DNA from: Spirulina sp.
GTDB lineage: Bacteria; Cyanobacteriota; Cyanobacteriia; Phormidesmidales; Phormidesmidaceae
DNA: 64,000 bases
Direction: 5' to 3'
Assembly (NCBI GenBank): GCA_044070495.1
Contig: JBIPSI010000001.1
Coordinates: 1 to 64,000 of the forward strand
Under the pieces are notes generated by a model, which saw only the letters and a list, made by a program, of their open reading frames with translations, did no database searches and was not told the origin of the DNA. This document shows positions 30,999-40,462 of this stretch, one piece after another (position 1 is the first letter of the stretch; each line of letters opens with the position of its first letter). The position numbers and the translations under genes are program-made.

Positions 30999-31152
30999 TG
31001 TTGAGTCCTGTTTTGTGAGCTAAATGCTCGATGATTGAGCTGTTAAAGCTTTGCTTATAGTGGTTCTCGATAGCGTGATGTCAAATCCGAATCAGAAAAA
31101 ACTAATTAATCGAAAAGCCGCAGGGGAGAGGTCTCCTCATCCTCCTTAATAA

Positions 31153-31345
31153 GCTCCTGTGTATACGCATCTTCTTTTCATATCACAAGTCCTCGGAGAT
31201 CCCCCTAAATCCCCCTTAGAAAGGGGGACTTTGACTCCGCCCCCCCTTTTTAAGAGGGTATTGACTCCGGTTCCCCCCTTTTTAAGGGGGGCTAGGGGGG
31301 ATCAGCAGGATAGATCTCATCCAAGAAAAACCCACTGTATATTAG
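31153..31345. repeat. GCTAC-type MITE copy (degenerate end)
   Basis: GCTCCTGTGTATACGCATCTT...CCCCCTAAATCCCCCTTAGAAAGGGGGACTTTGA...GGGGGGCTAGGGGGGATC. Confidence 0.7.
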
Positions 31346-31366
31346 GGTTCATCGTTAACCGATGCC

Positions 31367-31828
31367 CTAGGCTTCTGCTTCCGTGGCCTCGTCGGTAGGT
31401 TCACCTTCAACGGGAACTAAGGTGATACTTTCGGCTACCATGCGAGCTTCAATCGCTTCCAAAACGGCAATTTCGGCTTCTTCGGCGGCGGCGGCGGCAA
31501 AGAGTAGGGCGGCCAGGGCATATTCCTCGGCTTTGTCAGCTCGTTTCAAAAGTTTGGCCTGTTCTTTCTGATCTTTCCATTCAGTGATCTCAGCCTCCAC
31601 CTCTGACTTTTTGGCCTCCAGCCGTTGGGCTAGGGTTTCCTTGGCGGCTTTTACCTCATCTTTTTTGGCCTCCAGCTTTGTTTTGGCCTCGGCGAGTTTG
31701 GCTTTGACGGTACTCTCGGCTTCTTTTGAGGTTGTCGTCAGCTTTTCCTTCAGTTGTTTAAGATGGGCTTCAATCCCGGTAAGGCGCTGATTTAGATCAC
31801 TGGTAAACTGATTAATTTTTTCGCTCAT
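31367..31828 (-). CDS. Coiled-coil hypothetical protein
   Basis: GAGG SD; Lys/Glu/Ala-rich heptads; RADKAEEYA..A. Confidence 0.7.
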   Translation of the reverse strand: MSEKINQFTSDLNQRLTGIEAHLKQLKEKLTTTSKEAESTVKAKLAEAKTKLEAKKDEVKAAKETLAQRLEAKKSEVEAEITEWKDQKEQAKLLKRADKAEEYALAALLFAAAAAEEAEIAVLEAIEARMVAESITLVPVEGEPTDEATEAEA

Positions 31829-31938
31829 GATGACCTCGTTTTAGGTGCTTAAACTGTAAACGATCTGATGGCTCGACTCGACAAAATCAGTAACTAAACG
31901 TTAGACAACTCACCCCAGCAACGCCCAGTAACAAAAAC

Positions 31939-34878
31939 CTAAAACGCCAAGGGGGCCAGCGGTGCAATCTCTGGATTTTCCCCACCAAGCTGGTTGGTGC
32001 GGAGCATCCAGGCGGTGGCCCCTTGCCGCAGAAAACATTCGGTGATGCTGTTGCTGGCCACCCTAGGCAACACCGTGCGCCAGCTCACCAGCCCTCGTCC
32101 CAGGGTTTTGAGGGGATCGTCTTCTAGGGTGCTGCCCAGAGCGGCGGCTTCGGTGGCCCAATCGGCGCGGGCACTGCCCCAGGGCATCAGGTGATGGCGC
32201 AGGTCTTTCCCTAGGTGCTCTAGTTGTTGAAGATTCTGGGCGAGGTCGGGGTTTTGCCGCATCCAGGCGTTGAGGTCGGCCTGGGAGTAATCCGCATTGG
32301 AGCGTACGGAGCGGGCCATCTGTTGCAGGGCGGCATAGAGGCTTTGGTTGGAGTCTTGGGCGCAGTTGTTGGCGGGGCCGACGTAGGTGCCACCACTGCC
32401 GTCGCCGATGCGATAGCGGGCGGCCATCACCTCTAGCTGGCGAATTAGGACATCTAAGGGGGATGGCTCTTGGCCTGCGGTCACCGGATAATGGCGGGTG
32501 AAGGGGGGAAAGTGAATCAGCGTATCGGCCACGGGGCGCAGGCCAATCCAGCCAAACTGGCGATCCCCCATGTAGCGCGACCAGTGCATGGTTCCGGCGG
32601 TTAGCCCATCCGGGTTTTGGGTGTAGATCTGGTGATAGACGATGTCAAACCGCAGCTCGTCGGTGAGCGGCTCCTTCACAACGGTGGCCACGCCAAAGGA
32701 GAAATGCCCAAAGTAAACTGGCCCCTGGGCGGCGGGTTCAATCTGGTGGCCACCGATGCCGCCGTAAACGTGAACCAGCAGGGCGCGGGTGCCCTCGTTC
32801 CAGACCGGCTGGTGGGAGCGATAGGCCAACTGCACCGAGCTAATCCGGCCCTTTTGCGCGGCCAAGTCTCCCCAGGCGGTTTGCTTTAGGTAGGTTTTGA
32901 CGGGTTTTCGTCCAACGATCTCCTGATCGGGCTGGAGCTGGAACAGGGCACGGGGAGCCACCGCCCGCACCACAAACGGATCGGCTCCACCCATGGCATC
33001 ACGGCCCATCGCGCCATAGATGTACCAGCCCGTTTCGTTCAGGGGCGACCGCTCAATCCCTCCATTGGTGAAGGGGGCGGTGCCGTTGCCATTGGCCACC
33101 ACCTGGGGCAACCACACCGCTTCCTGAATGCCATCAAATTGGCCGCTAACTTTATTGAAATGAACGACCTGGAACTGTTCAGGATCATCCCCTCGCGCTT
33201 CGTCGGGATCGATCCCCGCCACTGGCCCTAGAAATTTCACCAGGCCATAGTACAGCCCAGTGATTTGAATCGGTTCGTGGGCAATACGCAGGGTCAGCGG
33301 GTAGTGGGAGGACAGGGGAGCGCGGTTGGAGGGTTCCACCTGCACCGGATCGGGCAGGGCCACGATCATGTCGTCGTTGGGATGTGCCCCGGCCAAGGAT
33401 TCCAGGGGATTCACCCGTTGCCAGTGGTTGAGACGGGTGGGATAAACCCCGCCCTGCTGACTTTTGTAGGTGGCCTGGGGGCTGAAGTGGACATCCTTCG
33501 TCACCTGCTGCAAATAGGTCTGCACCTGGGGTTCCTCGCTCCAGCCCAAGCTGACCACGGTGCCGATCAGGTGGGCGTATTTTTCGGGGGCGTGGTGAAC
33601 CTCAAAGGGAACGGTCTGGGGCTGGCGCTGATCGGGCTGAGGCAGCAGCAAACGGCCCATCCAGGGGGCCATGGGACGGTAGCGATCTAGGGGCAACGCC
33701 GCCCGCACCGGGTAGCCCTCGGCTCGGTTAAAGGGAGCCTGTCGATAGCGTTCCAGCGTGCTCGGCAGGGGAATGGGTTGCCGTTCTTTGAGGGGGGCCG
33801 TGCCCTGGAGAATCTCCGCCACCCACTGCACGGTCTGCTGCAACGCCGTTCGACCATCGGGCAACACCCGCTCAGGATCCATCACCCCACCAGGGACTTC
33901 GTGCCCCACTGGCCCCAGATTGATCAGGCTCACCTTCCCCAGCCGCTTACTACGGTTCCAGTAGGACAGCGCCATCAACTTCCAACGCTTTGGGAAAAAG
34001 ATCGGGCCGAGCCGTTCGATTTTGTCTTGGTCGCCCACCAGATGGTAGATATGCTCCAGTTTGAGGATGTTGTTGTTGCCGCTAAACACCCCCGCAATGG
34101 AGATTAAATCAATCGGAGCGGGCAGAGCCTCTTTTAGATAGGGAACCGCCCCCATGGAAATTTGACCGCCGCCGCTAAACCCAATCAGGGTAATGGGCAC
34201 CCCACCGTGGGGCGGGTAGCCGTGGTTGATTAGGCTGTTGTAAATCACCTGGGCCGTACCTCGGTTGTAGATCGGGCCATAGCGCTGATCCGCCGAGATC
34301 CAGACCACAAAAATATTGCGTAGGTTAATTAAAAAGGCTAACAATCCACCCGTTTGACTGGTTTTCTTTTGATTTGCCCAGTTCCAAAACCACGAAAAAG
34401 GTCGATCTTTGCTAGTAAGAGATCGATTCATAGGAGAGTAGGGCATTAATCCCCGAATGATTTGAATATTGTTGGGCAACGTCTGATCTAACTCATCTAA
34501 GAACTGCTCAACATCTGGCAAGTAATCAAAGGTAGATTGACCAATGCCATCCAGATAGACGACGTAGTGAGAAATATCTGTACCGACCGAAATTTCTCCT
34601 TGCAATGAACCCAGATTTTCCGTCGTAGCCTGCACCGGATCGCCATACCAACCCGCCCACCAGCCCAGGGTTTCTAGCGGCATCAATAGAATTGTAACGA
34701 TGAGGGCAATGAGTCCCATCCCCACCAGGTTGATGATGAGCTTAGCCGTCACCGTCATCGTCGCAAAAGCCGCCTGCACTAGGGGAATTACAAGCGGCAA
34801 AAACAGCGTTAGGAGCAATACCCCTAGAGCCAGGATCAATATTTTTTTAAAGCGACGGGACGACAACAAAGACATCAT
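31939..34878 (-). CDS. Large membrane-anchored protein with a Ser-hydrolase domain and a conserved C-terminal domain
   Basis: N-terminal TMs, PLETLGWWAGW, YLDGIG, GFSGG, GH; C-terminal GHFSFG and NNCAQDS. Confidence 0.75.
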   Translation of the reverse strand: MMSLLSSRRFKKILILALGVLLLTLFLPLVIPLVQAAFATMTVTAKLIINLVGMGLIALIVTILLMPLETLGWWAGWYGDPVQATTENLGSLQGEISVGTDISHYVVYLDGIGQSTFDYLPDVEQFLDELDQTLPNNIQIIRGLMPYSPMNRSLTSKDRPFSWFWNWANQKKTSQTGGLLAFLINLRNIFVVWISADQRYGPIYNRGTAQVIYNSLINHGYPPHGGVPITLIGFSGGGQISMGAVPYLKEALPAPIDLISIAGVFSGNNNILKLEHIYHLVGDQDKIERLGPIFFPKRWKLMALSYWNRSKRLGKVSLINLGPVGHEVPGGVMDPERVLPDGRTALQQTVQWVAEILQGTAPLKERQPIPLPSTLERYRQAPFNRAEGYPVRAALPLDRYRPMAPWMGRLLLPQPDQRQPQTVPFEVHHAPEKYAHLIGTVVSLGWSEEPQVQTYLQQVTKDVHFSPQATYKSQQGGVYPTRLNHWQRVNPLESLAGAHPNDDMIVALPDPVQVEPSNRAPLSSHYPLTLRIAHEPIQITGLYYGLVKFLGPVAGIDPDEARGDDPEQFQVVHFNKVSGQFDGIQEAVWLPQVVANGNGTAPFTNGGIERSPLNETGWYIYGAMGRDAMGGADPFVVRAVAPRALFQLQPDQEIVGRKPVKTYLKQTAWGDLAAQKGRISSVQLAYRSHQPVWNEGTRALLVHVYGGIGGHQIEPAAQGPVYFGHFSFGVATVVKEPLTDELRFDIVYHQIYTQNPDGLTAGTMHWSRYMGDRQFGWIGLRPVADTLIHFPPFTRHYPVTAGQEPSPLDVLIRQLEVMAARYRIGDGSGGTYVGPANNCAQDSNQSLYAALQQMARSVRSNADYSQADLNAWMRQNPDLAQNLQQLEHLGKDLRHHLMPWGSARADWATEAAALGSTLEDDPLKTLGRGLVSWRTVLPRVASNSITECFLRQGATAWMLRTNQLGGENPEIAPLAPLAF

Positions 34879-35528
34879 TTACCCTGATAGTGAGAATCGC
34901 GCTTAAGGCCCGTTTCTAATAGTGTTTCGATACCCTGAAGATCCGTAACGAGAGAAGTGCCCGCTGTGGTATTGGATAGCCAAGTTCCTAAGGCTCTGAT
35001 CGGACGTCCGAGGGTACGCTGCAAGATCTGGAGGAATATCCAGCCTAATAAACCGCTCATAAAAGACGGCCAAAGTCCTAGACCTGTGGACACACTAAAT
35101 CCCTGGACAAACACTAGCAGCACCCATAGAGCTAGGAAAATCTGAATGGGTACACCAAAGTAGGGCGAAGCAATTAAAAAGCTCAGCAATTGTGGAGCCG
35201 TTGCTAATCCTACGGTGTGGTAGACCAGTCGCAGATCAAGATCTTGTTGAAAAATGACTTGGCTAACAAACAAAGTGCTGGCAATCCAGAAGCCATAGCT
35301 AAAGACAAATAGAATGGCTCCTAGGCAAAGACTGAGGAAAAAACGAATCGGTTTAACGCGATTGATAAATAGAATTAGCCCCTGACCAACGGACTGAGAA
35401 AATCCTGCCAAGAGCAACACTTGAATAGCAATTTGATTGGCATTGGGCAGATCAGCCATGGCCTGAAACGATTCAGGATTAAATAACATCGCTCCCTTGA
35501 CCAAGGGCCAAAATTCAGTAGATGCCAT
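34875..35528 (-). CDS. Yip1-like multi-pass membrane protein, translationally coupled to the downstream gene
   Basis: SQSVGQGLILFINRVKP; about five TMs; ATGA overlap at 34875-34878. Confidence 0.7.
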   Translation of the reverse strand: MASTEFWPLVKGAMLFNPESFQAMADLPNANQIAIQVLLLAGFSQSVGQGLILFINRVKPIRFFLSLCLGAILFVFSYGFWIASTLFVSQVIFQQDLDLRLVYHTVGLATAPQLLSFLIASPYFGVPIQIFLALWVLLVFVQGFSVSTGLGLWPSFMSGLLGWIFLQILQRTLGRPIRALGTWLSNTTAGTSLVTDLQGIETLLETGLKRDSHYQGK

Positions 35529-35532
35529 CGCT

Positions 35533-36525
35533 TTAGCCTAGAAGTTGCTGAACTTTAGATAAGAATCGCCACGCAATTAAAAGCTGAGAGAAGTAGGTCG
35601 CGGATACTTTCTCATAGCTTTCTTGGGGTACGGCCTCTTGCAAGGGAATACCCGTGTGGTTAACAATGTATTCTTCTAATTCGCTAATGGTTTGAGGGGC
35701 AAGACTACCATCAATGTGAACCGCAATGGCCGTTCTTCCCCAATAGCGAAAGGGTACAGCGGCCAGCAGGAATGCAGGTTTATCCAGCTCCAGCATAGCG
35801 GCCAAATCTAAGGGGATCGATAGACTAGGCAAAGGGGTAGGGGTTGGTTCGAGGATGAGATTAACCCGGTAGCCTTTGGTATTTTGAGTATCGGCAAAGC
35901 GGGTAGGTAGGAGATCATCCAACTGGCTATGGCCTACTTGAATCACCACATTAGCGTCAATTTTTTGGACATCAATCCACCTCACAAAAGCCGCTTCCCG
36001 TTGCAGCATTTCCTGTTCTAAGGCCTCGGCTTTGTGGCCCCGCTTTTTCACATCGCGCTCCCACTTCCAGGCCCATTTCACCTGTCGGTCAGGATCGACA
36101 TACAGACTAAAGTCTAGAAACGGCAGAAATTGGGGATACAGAACATGCAGTCCTTCCACGACGATAATTGGAGTTGGCGGAAAGACCTCTGGTGGATCCA
36201 ACTGTCCAGTACCGTGATTATAAATGGGAACGTCTATCGTCTTTCCCTGTTTGAGATCGGCTAGGTGTTGAGCTAGCAGGTCTAGATAGTTGGCCTCTGG
36301 ATCGAGGGGAAGTCTACCACTCTTCTGGCGCTGCTCTCGATCTTCCTTGTGGTAGCCATCGGTGCAAATGGTTGATACAAGATCTTCCCCAATTAGCCGC
36401 CGAATACCGTTACTAAAGGTAGTTTTGCCGCTGCCACTATCACCCGCTACACCAACGATAATAGGCGTTTTTAGATTTTTTAAGGAATCCCGAAGGGTAG
36501 GGTGATTGATCTGGTGTGAGGTCAT
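35533..36525 (-). CDS. Phosphoribulokinase/uridine kinase family protein (non-canonical PRK)
   Basis: IVGVAGDSGSGKTT, DGYH..DR..R, YNH, EGLH, WKWERDVKKRGH. Confidence 0.85.
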   Translation of the reverse strand: MTSHQINHPTLRDSLKNLKTPIIVGVAGDSGSGKTTFSNGIRRLIGEDLVSTICTDGYHKEDREQRQKSGRLPLDPEANYLDLLAQHLADLKQGKTIDVPIYNHGTGQLDPPEVFPPTPIIVVEGLHVLYPQFLPFLDFSLYVDPDRQVKWAWKWERDVKKRGHKAEALEQEMLQREAAFVRWIDVQKIDANVVIQVGHSQLDDLLPTRFADTQNTKGYRVNLILEPTPTPLPSLSIPLDLAAMLELDKPAFLLAAVPFRYWGRTAIAVHIDGSLAPQTISELEEYIVNHTGIPLQEAVPQESYEKVSATYFSQLLIAWRFLSKVQQLLG

Positions 36526-36553
36526 AAACAGTTTCCCTGATGGCTGAATGTGG

Positions 36554-38623
36554 TTAGAAAAACATAAAGAGTGATAGTTGCAGCGTTACCCAAGGACTAG
36601 TAGATTGGTTGACGGCCCCACGAATAGCGCTGCCAGGAAAGGCCACAGAACCGACCCCTTGAAGCATAAAGTTTTGGGATAGAAAATAGCGACTGGTTAG
36701 CAAAAATTCTTGACCGATGTAGCGTGACCCAAGATTGGCCAGGGCTGGATTGCCGCCCAGATTATTCAGTTGGTCGGCAAAGCGGTAGTAGTAATCCAGC
36801 GAAATTGAGAGGTCTGGACTAGGCTGGGCGCTGAGGGTGATGCGGTGGGAAAAGCTGTTGCTGTTGGGATAGAGCTTGCCCAGGCTAATGCCCTGCAGCC
36901 AGTCCGATAATCCTCCGGCTTGGAGAGGGTCGAACCGTTCGTAGGTGGCGGTGTTGGGGTTATCGCCGCTAAATCCGGCAAAGCGGTAACTGAGGGTGGG
37001 ACGCCAGGACACATTTTCGGCGGTGTAGCCTAGCCAGAGGGATCCACCCTGAGCAGCCATCGCTTGCTGGGCGCTGAATTGGTAGGCGTATTCCCCTTCG
37101 GCCCACAGCCCCGGTACACCAAAGAGGGTGGACTGGCGGATGCGGGGGTTGATCACCTGCAAACCGTCGCGGGTGAAGCGGTCGCCGTTGGGCAACAGGT
37201 AGGCCCGGTTGGATTGGGGCACGGTGATGTAGGACAGCACCGCCTCTAGCCCCTGGTTGTTGTGGTAGGCGAGGCTGGTGCCGAGGTATTGGGTGCCGCT
37301 GTCGGCGATGGGCAGTTCGTCCGGTTCTAAAAAGAAGCCTTGCAGCCGAAAATCGCCCCAGCGCAGGTTGGCTAGCACGGTCATATCGTAGGCGGTGCGC
37401 GGGTTAGAGTAGCTGGCCCCTCGCTCTAGGGCATTGGCCGAACCGCTGAACTGGGAAAACAAAAAGCCCTGATTCAACTGAAAAATTTGCCGTCCTGCTG
37501 ATAGGTTAAACGACAAAGGACGCCCTGGTTCTGCCAAAAGTATGCCGCCATAGAAGTCTTCCACACCGCCATAAAAACGGTTGTCGGTGCGGAAAATGTC
37601 GGGTTGCAGGGTGCCAGATAGCGTGTAGGAGGCCGCCCCATAGAGGTAGGCTGGGTGGTCTCCTAGTTGAGTAATACCTGCTATTCCGGGTTCTAAATAA
37701 GCCTCACCCCACGCCACGGTTTCGGTAGGGCGGTAGGGGCCAGCTACAAAATCTTCCGCCGCCCCAAACCAGGGATTGCTATCGCTAAATACCCCCAAGC
37801 CACCGTTCAAAATAAATTTTACGAGGGCGCGATCATCCTGATACAGGGTGGGAAAATCCTGAAAATTGCCGCTTGCCAGAATCCCGGTGGGTGGAGCAAC
37901 GGCGTCTTCAGCATCTTCCGGTTGCAGCGTAATCAGCAAGGCCAAAATAACCGCTCGTCCCGGACGACTCGACTCATATAGCCGATATTCCGCCGCCTGA
38001 ACAAAGGGGAGTTGTTGCACTTGGCGCAAGCTTTGATCGGCAAAGAGAGTGCTAAAGTTTGACCCTACCTGCAATCCAAAGGTCTCGGCGATTTGTTCTT
38101 GCAAAACGGTGTTTTGGTCGGGATCACCTGTGGGGTTGCGGAGGTGAACATACACCTGCTCTAGAGGCAAGCCTTCGCCAAAACGGGGAGGAATCCGCAG
38201 GCCCACGTTGGGATCAACGGTGCTGAGGGGATCCGGTAGGGGCTGGGTTTCGTCGGTGAGGGGGAGGGTCGCCGCCGATTCTGAGGTGGGTGGATCGGCG
38301 GTTAAGATGACATCCTGATGGGGGATGGCTGATTCGGTGGTAGGGCGAGGAGACCTCGCCCCTACGGGTGGGTGGAGTGAGGATTGGGGGTATGAAAAGT
38401 AGGTGGGATCAAACGGTGGAGCTAAGTCTGTAGCGGCGGCGGTGGGCTGAGGGTGATCTGGAGTGGTGATGGTGGTTGCCGTTCCGGTGGCGGTGGCGGC
38501 TTCGGTTGTAATCCTTGCGGTTGAAGCCTGGGCAGCGCTGGGGGAAACCAACGCTAGACTCGCCAAGATAGAGATCGAAATCTCTCGCCAAAACCCACCA
38601 TATCCACTGCAAAGATTCGCCAT
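36554..38623 (-). CDS. Outer-membrane beta-barrel (alginate-export-family-like)
   Basis: Signal peptide, alternating amphipathic strands, GRQ motif, SGDNP...ERFDPL, C-terminal Phe. Confidence 0.75.
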   Translation of the reverse strand: MANLCSGYGGFWREISISILASLALVSPSAAQASTARITTEAATATGTATTITTPDHPQPTAAATDLAPPFDPTYFSYPQSSLHPPVGARSPRPTTESAIPHQDVILTADPPTSESAATLPLTDETQPLPDPLSTVDPNVGLRIPPRFGEGLPLEQVYVHLRNPTGDPDQNTVLQEQIAETFGLQVGSNFSTLFADQSLRQVQQLPFVQAAEYRLYESSRPGRAVILALLITLQPEDAEDAVAPPTGILASGNFQDFPTLYQDDRALVKFILNGGLGVFSDSNPWFGAAEDFVAGPYRPTETVAWGEAYLEPGIAGITQLGDHPAYLYGAASYTLSGTLQPDIFRTDNRFYGGVEDFYGGILLAEPGRPLSFNLSAGRQIFQLNQGFLFSQFSGSANALERGASYSNPRTAYDMTVLANLRWGDFRLQGFFLEPDELPIADSGTQYLGTSLAYHNNQGLEAVLSYITVPQSNRAYLLPNGDRFTRDGLQVINPRIRQSTLFGVPGLWAEGEYAYQFSAQQAMAAQGGSLWLGYTAENVSWRPTLSYRFAGFSGDNPNTATYERFDPLQAGGLSDWLQGISLGKLYPNSNSFSHRITLSAQPSPDLSISLDYYYRFADQLNNLGGNPALANLGSRYIGQEFLLTSRYFLSQNFMLQGVGSVAFPGSAIRGAVNQSTSPWVTLQLSLFMFF

Positions 38624-38798
38624 CACACCACAGATCACACACCGCAGATCACAGAGCAACCATCCGGGAAATGAGAACCCATCCGAACCAGGAAACCCCT
38701 GATTCTCACCATGGCAAACGGTAGGGGAGAGGTTTCCTCAACCATCCATACAAGGGGTAAACAGGTCGGCTCGATGATGATCATTTCCCGGCAGGAGC

Positions 38799-39593
38799 CT
38801 ATTCTGGCTTGAGGCGGATGCGCTTGCCGCCACCGGAGACTTGCAGGGTTTGGCCGCTCACCCAAGACCCCGCTGGAGAGGCCAACCACAGGAAGGCATT
38901 GGCGATGTCTTGGGGTTTTCCGGCCCGCCCGGTCAGGTTATCGGGGTGGGCGAGGGCATACTGAGCCGCTTCGTCCAACCCCGCCGCCGCATAGCCCTCG
39001 GTGATGACGGTGCCAATCAGCACGGTGTTAATCCGCACCTGCTTAGCAAAGTAGTGGGCCAGACCCAGCATCATGTGATTCAGGGCGGCTTTGGCGGCAG
39101 AATAGGCAATAAAATCAAAGGCTGGCACGGTTCCCACCAAAGAACCGGAGTTGGTAATGGTGGCATTGGTGGCCTGCAACAGGTAGGGGCGGCAAGCCGA
39201 GGTCATCCGCATGGCCGAAAGGGTGTTGAGTTTGTAGCTCTCGATCATGTCCTCTAGGGGAACCTCCAGGGGATCATCGTAGGCGCGGCCCCAGCCCACG
39301 TTATTGACCAGGGTAGACACGCCGCCAAAGGCTTCAACGGTTTTGGCCACACAGTTTTGGACATCCTCCTCCACCGTGACGTTGCAGCCGATGCCGATTA
39401 CGTCATTGCCCGTTTCGGCCTGAATCGCCGCCGCCGTAGCCTGGGCTTTTTCGCCATTAAGGTCAGCAATCATCACCTTAGCGCCAGCCCCCGAAAAGGT
39501 TTTGGCAATGGCTTCCCCAATATTTTGGGCACCGCCCGTTACAATGGCGACTTGGCCATCCATGCGAAAGTCTGCAAATGCATCAAACGTCAT
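38799..39593 (-). CDS. SDR oxidoreductase
   Basis: TGGAQNIG, NNVG, YSAAK, G.P.DIA; GGAG SD. Confidence 0.92.
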   Translation of the reverse strand: MTFDAFADFRMDGQVAIVTGGAQNIGEAIAKTFSGAGAKVMIADLNGEKAQATAAAIQAETGNDVIGIGCNVTVEEDVQNCVAKTVEAFGGVSTLVNNVGWGRAYDDPLEVPLEDMIESYKLNTLSAMRMTSACRPYLLQATNATITNSGSLVGTVPAFDFIAYSAAKAALNHMMLGLAHYFAKQVRINTVLIGTVITEGYAAAGLDEAAQYALAHPDNLTGRAGKPQDIANAFLWLASPAGSWVSGQTLQVSGGGKRIRLKPE

Positions 39594-39642
39594 AGGGTCT
39601 CCTTAGCAAAATTCAAGACTCAAAATTCAAAACTCAAAAGGG

Positions 39643-40410
39643 CTAGTCAAGTTCTTGCAGACCGCCACCGCTGACGGTAAGGACTTGTCCGCTCACCCAG
39701 CTTGAGGCTGGAGAACAGAGGAAAAGTGCGGCGTAGGCAATATCGTTGGGTTCCCCCAATCGGGCTAGGGGGGTATTTTTGAGCATGGCTTTTTCGATGT
39801 CTGGAGTAAGCACCGTAGCCAAAGCATCGGTTTTAATGGCTCCAGGGGCAATGGCATTCACCCGAATATTTTTGGGGCCAAGATCAAAGGCAATATTGCG
39901 GGTCAGGTGGCTTTCTGCGGCCTTGGAAGAACTGTAGGAAGCCATGTTTTTGTTTTTGTTATCTCCTGCCATGGAGGAGATATTGATGATGGCTCCACCG
40001 CCAGCAGCTTCCATGTGGGGAGCACAGAGTTGGCAGAGATGAAACACCGAAAACACATTCAGTTTATAGGCCCAAATGAAGGTGTCCATCGGCATGTCAA
40101 AGGGCTTTGGCCCACCGCCCCCGGCATTGTTAATGAGAATGGTGATTTTGCCAAAGGCGTTGATGGCAGACTGCACCAAATTAGCTAGGGCGTCATCGTT
40201 GGTGACATCGCAGGCGACGGCAATGGCTTTGCCTCCCGATTGGTTAATGCCATCGGCCACCACAGCGGCAGTTTCTTCCTTGAGATCACTTACCACCACC
40301 GCTGCACCTGCCTGGGCGAAAAGTTCGGCAATGCCGCGACCAATCCCTGCACCACCCCCGGTCACGATGGCAACTTGGCCATCCAATTTAAAAGCATCTA
40401 ACACAGTCAT
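39643..40410 (-). CDS. hdhA: 7-alpha-hydroxysteroid dehydrogenase-like SDR
   Basis: NNAGGGGPKPFDMPM, LNVFS, MASYSSSKAA, NIAFDLG, SWVSGQVLTVSGGGLQELD closely match E. coli HdhA motifs as recalled. Confidence 0.8.
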   Translation of the reverse strand: MTVLDAFKLDGQVAIVTGGGAGIGRGIAELFAQAGAAVVVSDLKEETAAVVADGINQSGGKAIAVACDVTNDDALANLVQSAINAFGKITILINNAGGGGPKPFDMPMDTFIWAYKLNVFSVFHLCQLCAPHMEAAGGGAIINISSMAGDNKNKNMASYSSSKAAESHLTRNIAFDLGPKNIRVNAIAPGAIKTDALATVLTPDIEKAMLKNTPLARLGEPNDIAYAALFLCSPASSWVSGQVLTVSGGGLQELD

Positions 40411-40462
40411 GGTTGCATAGTCTCCTAGATCGGTTAAGCGTGGAATTTTTATCGAAGACACT

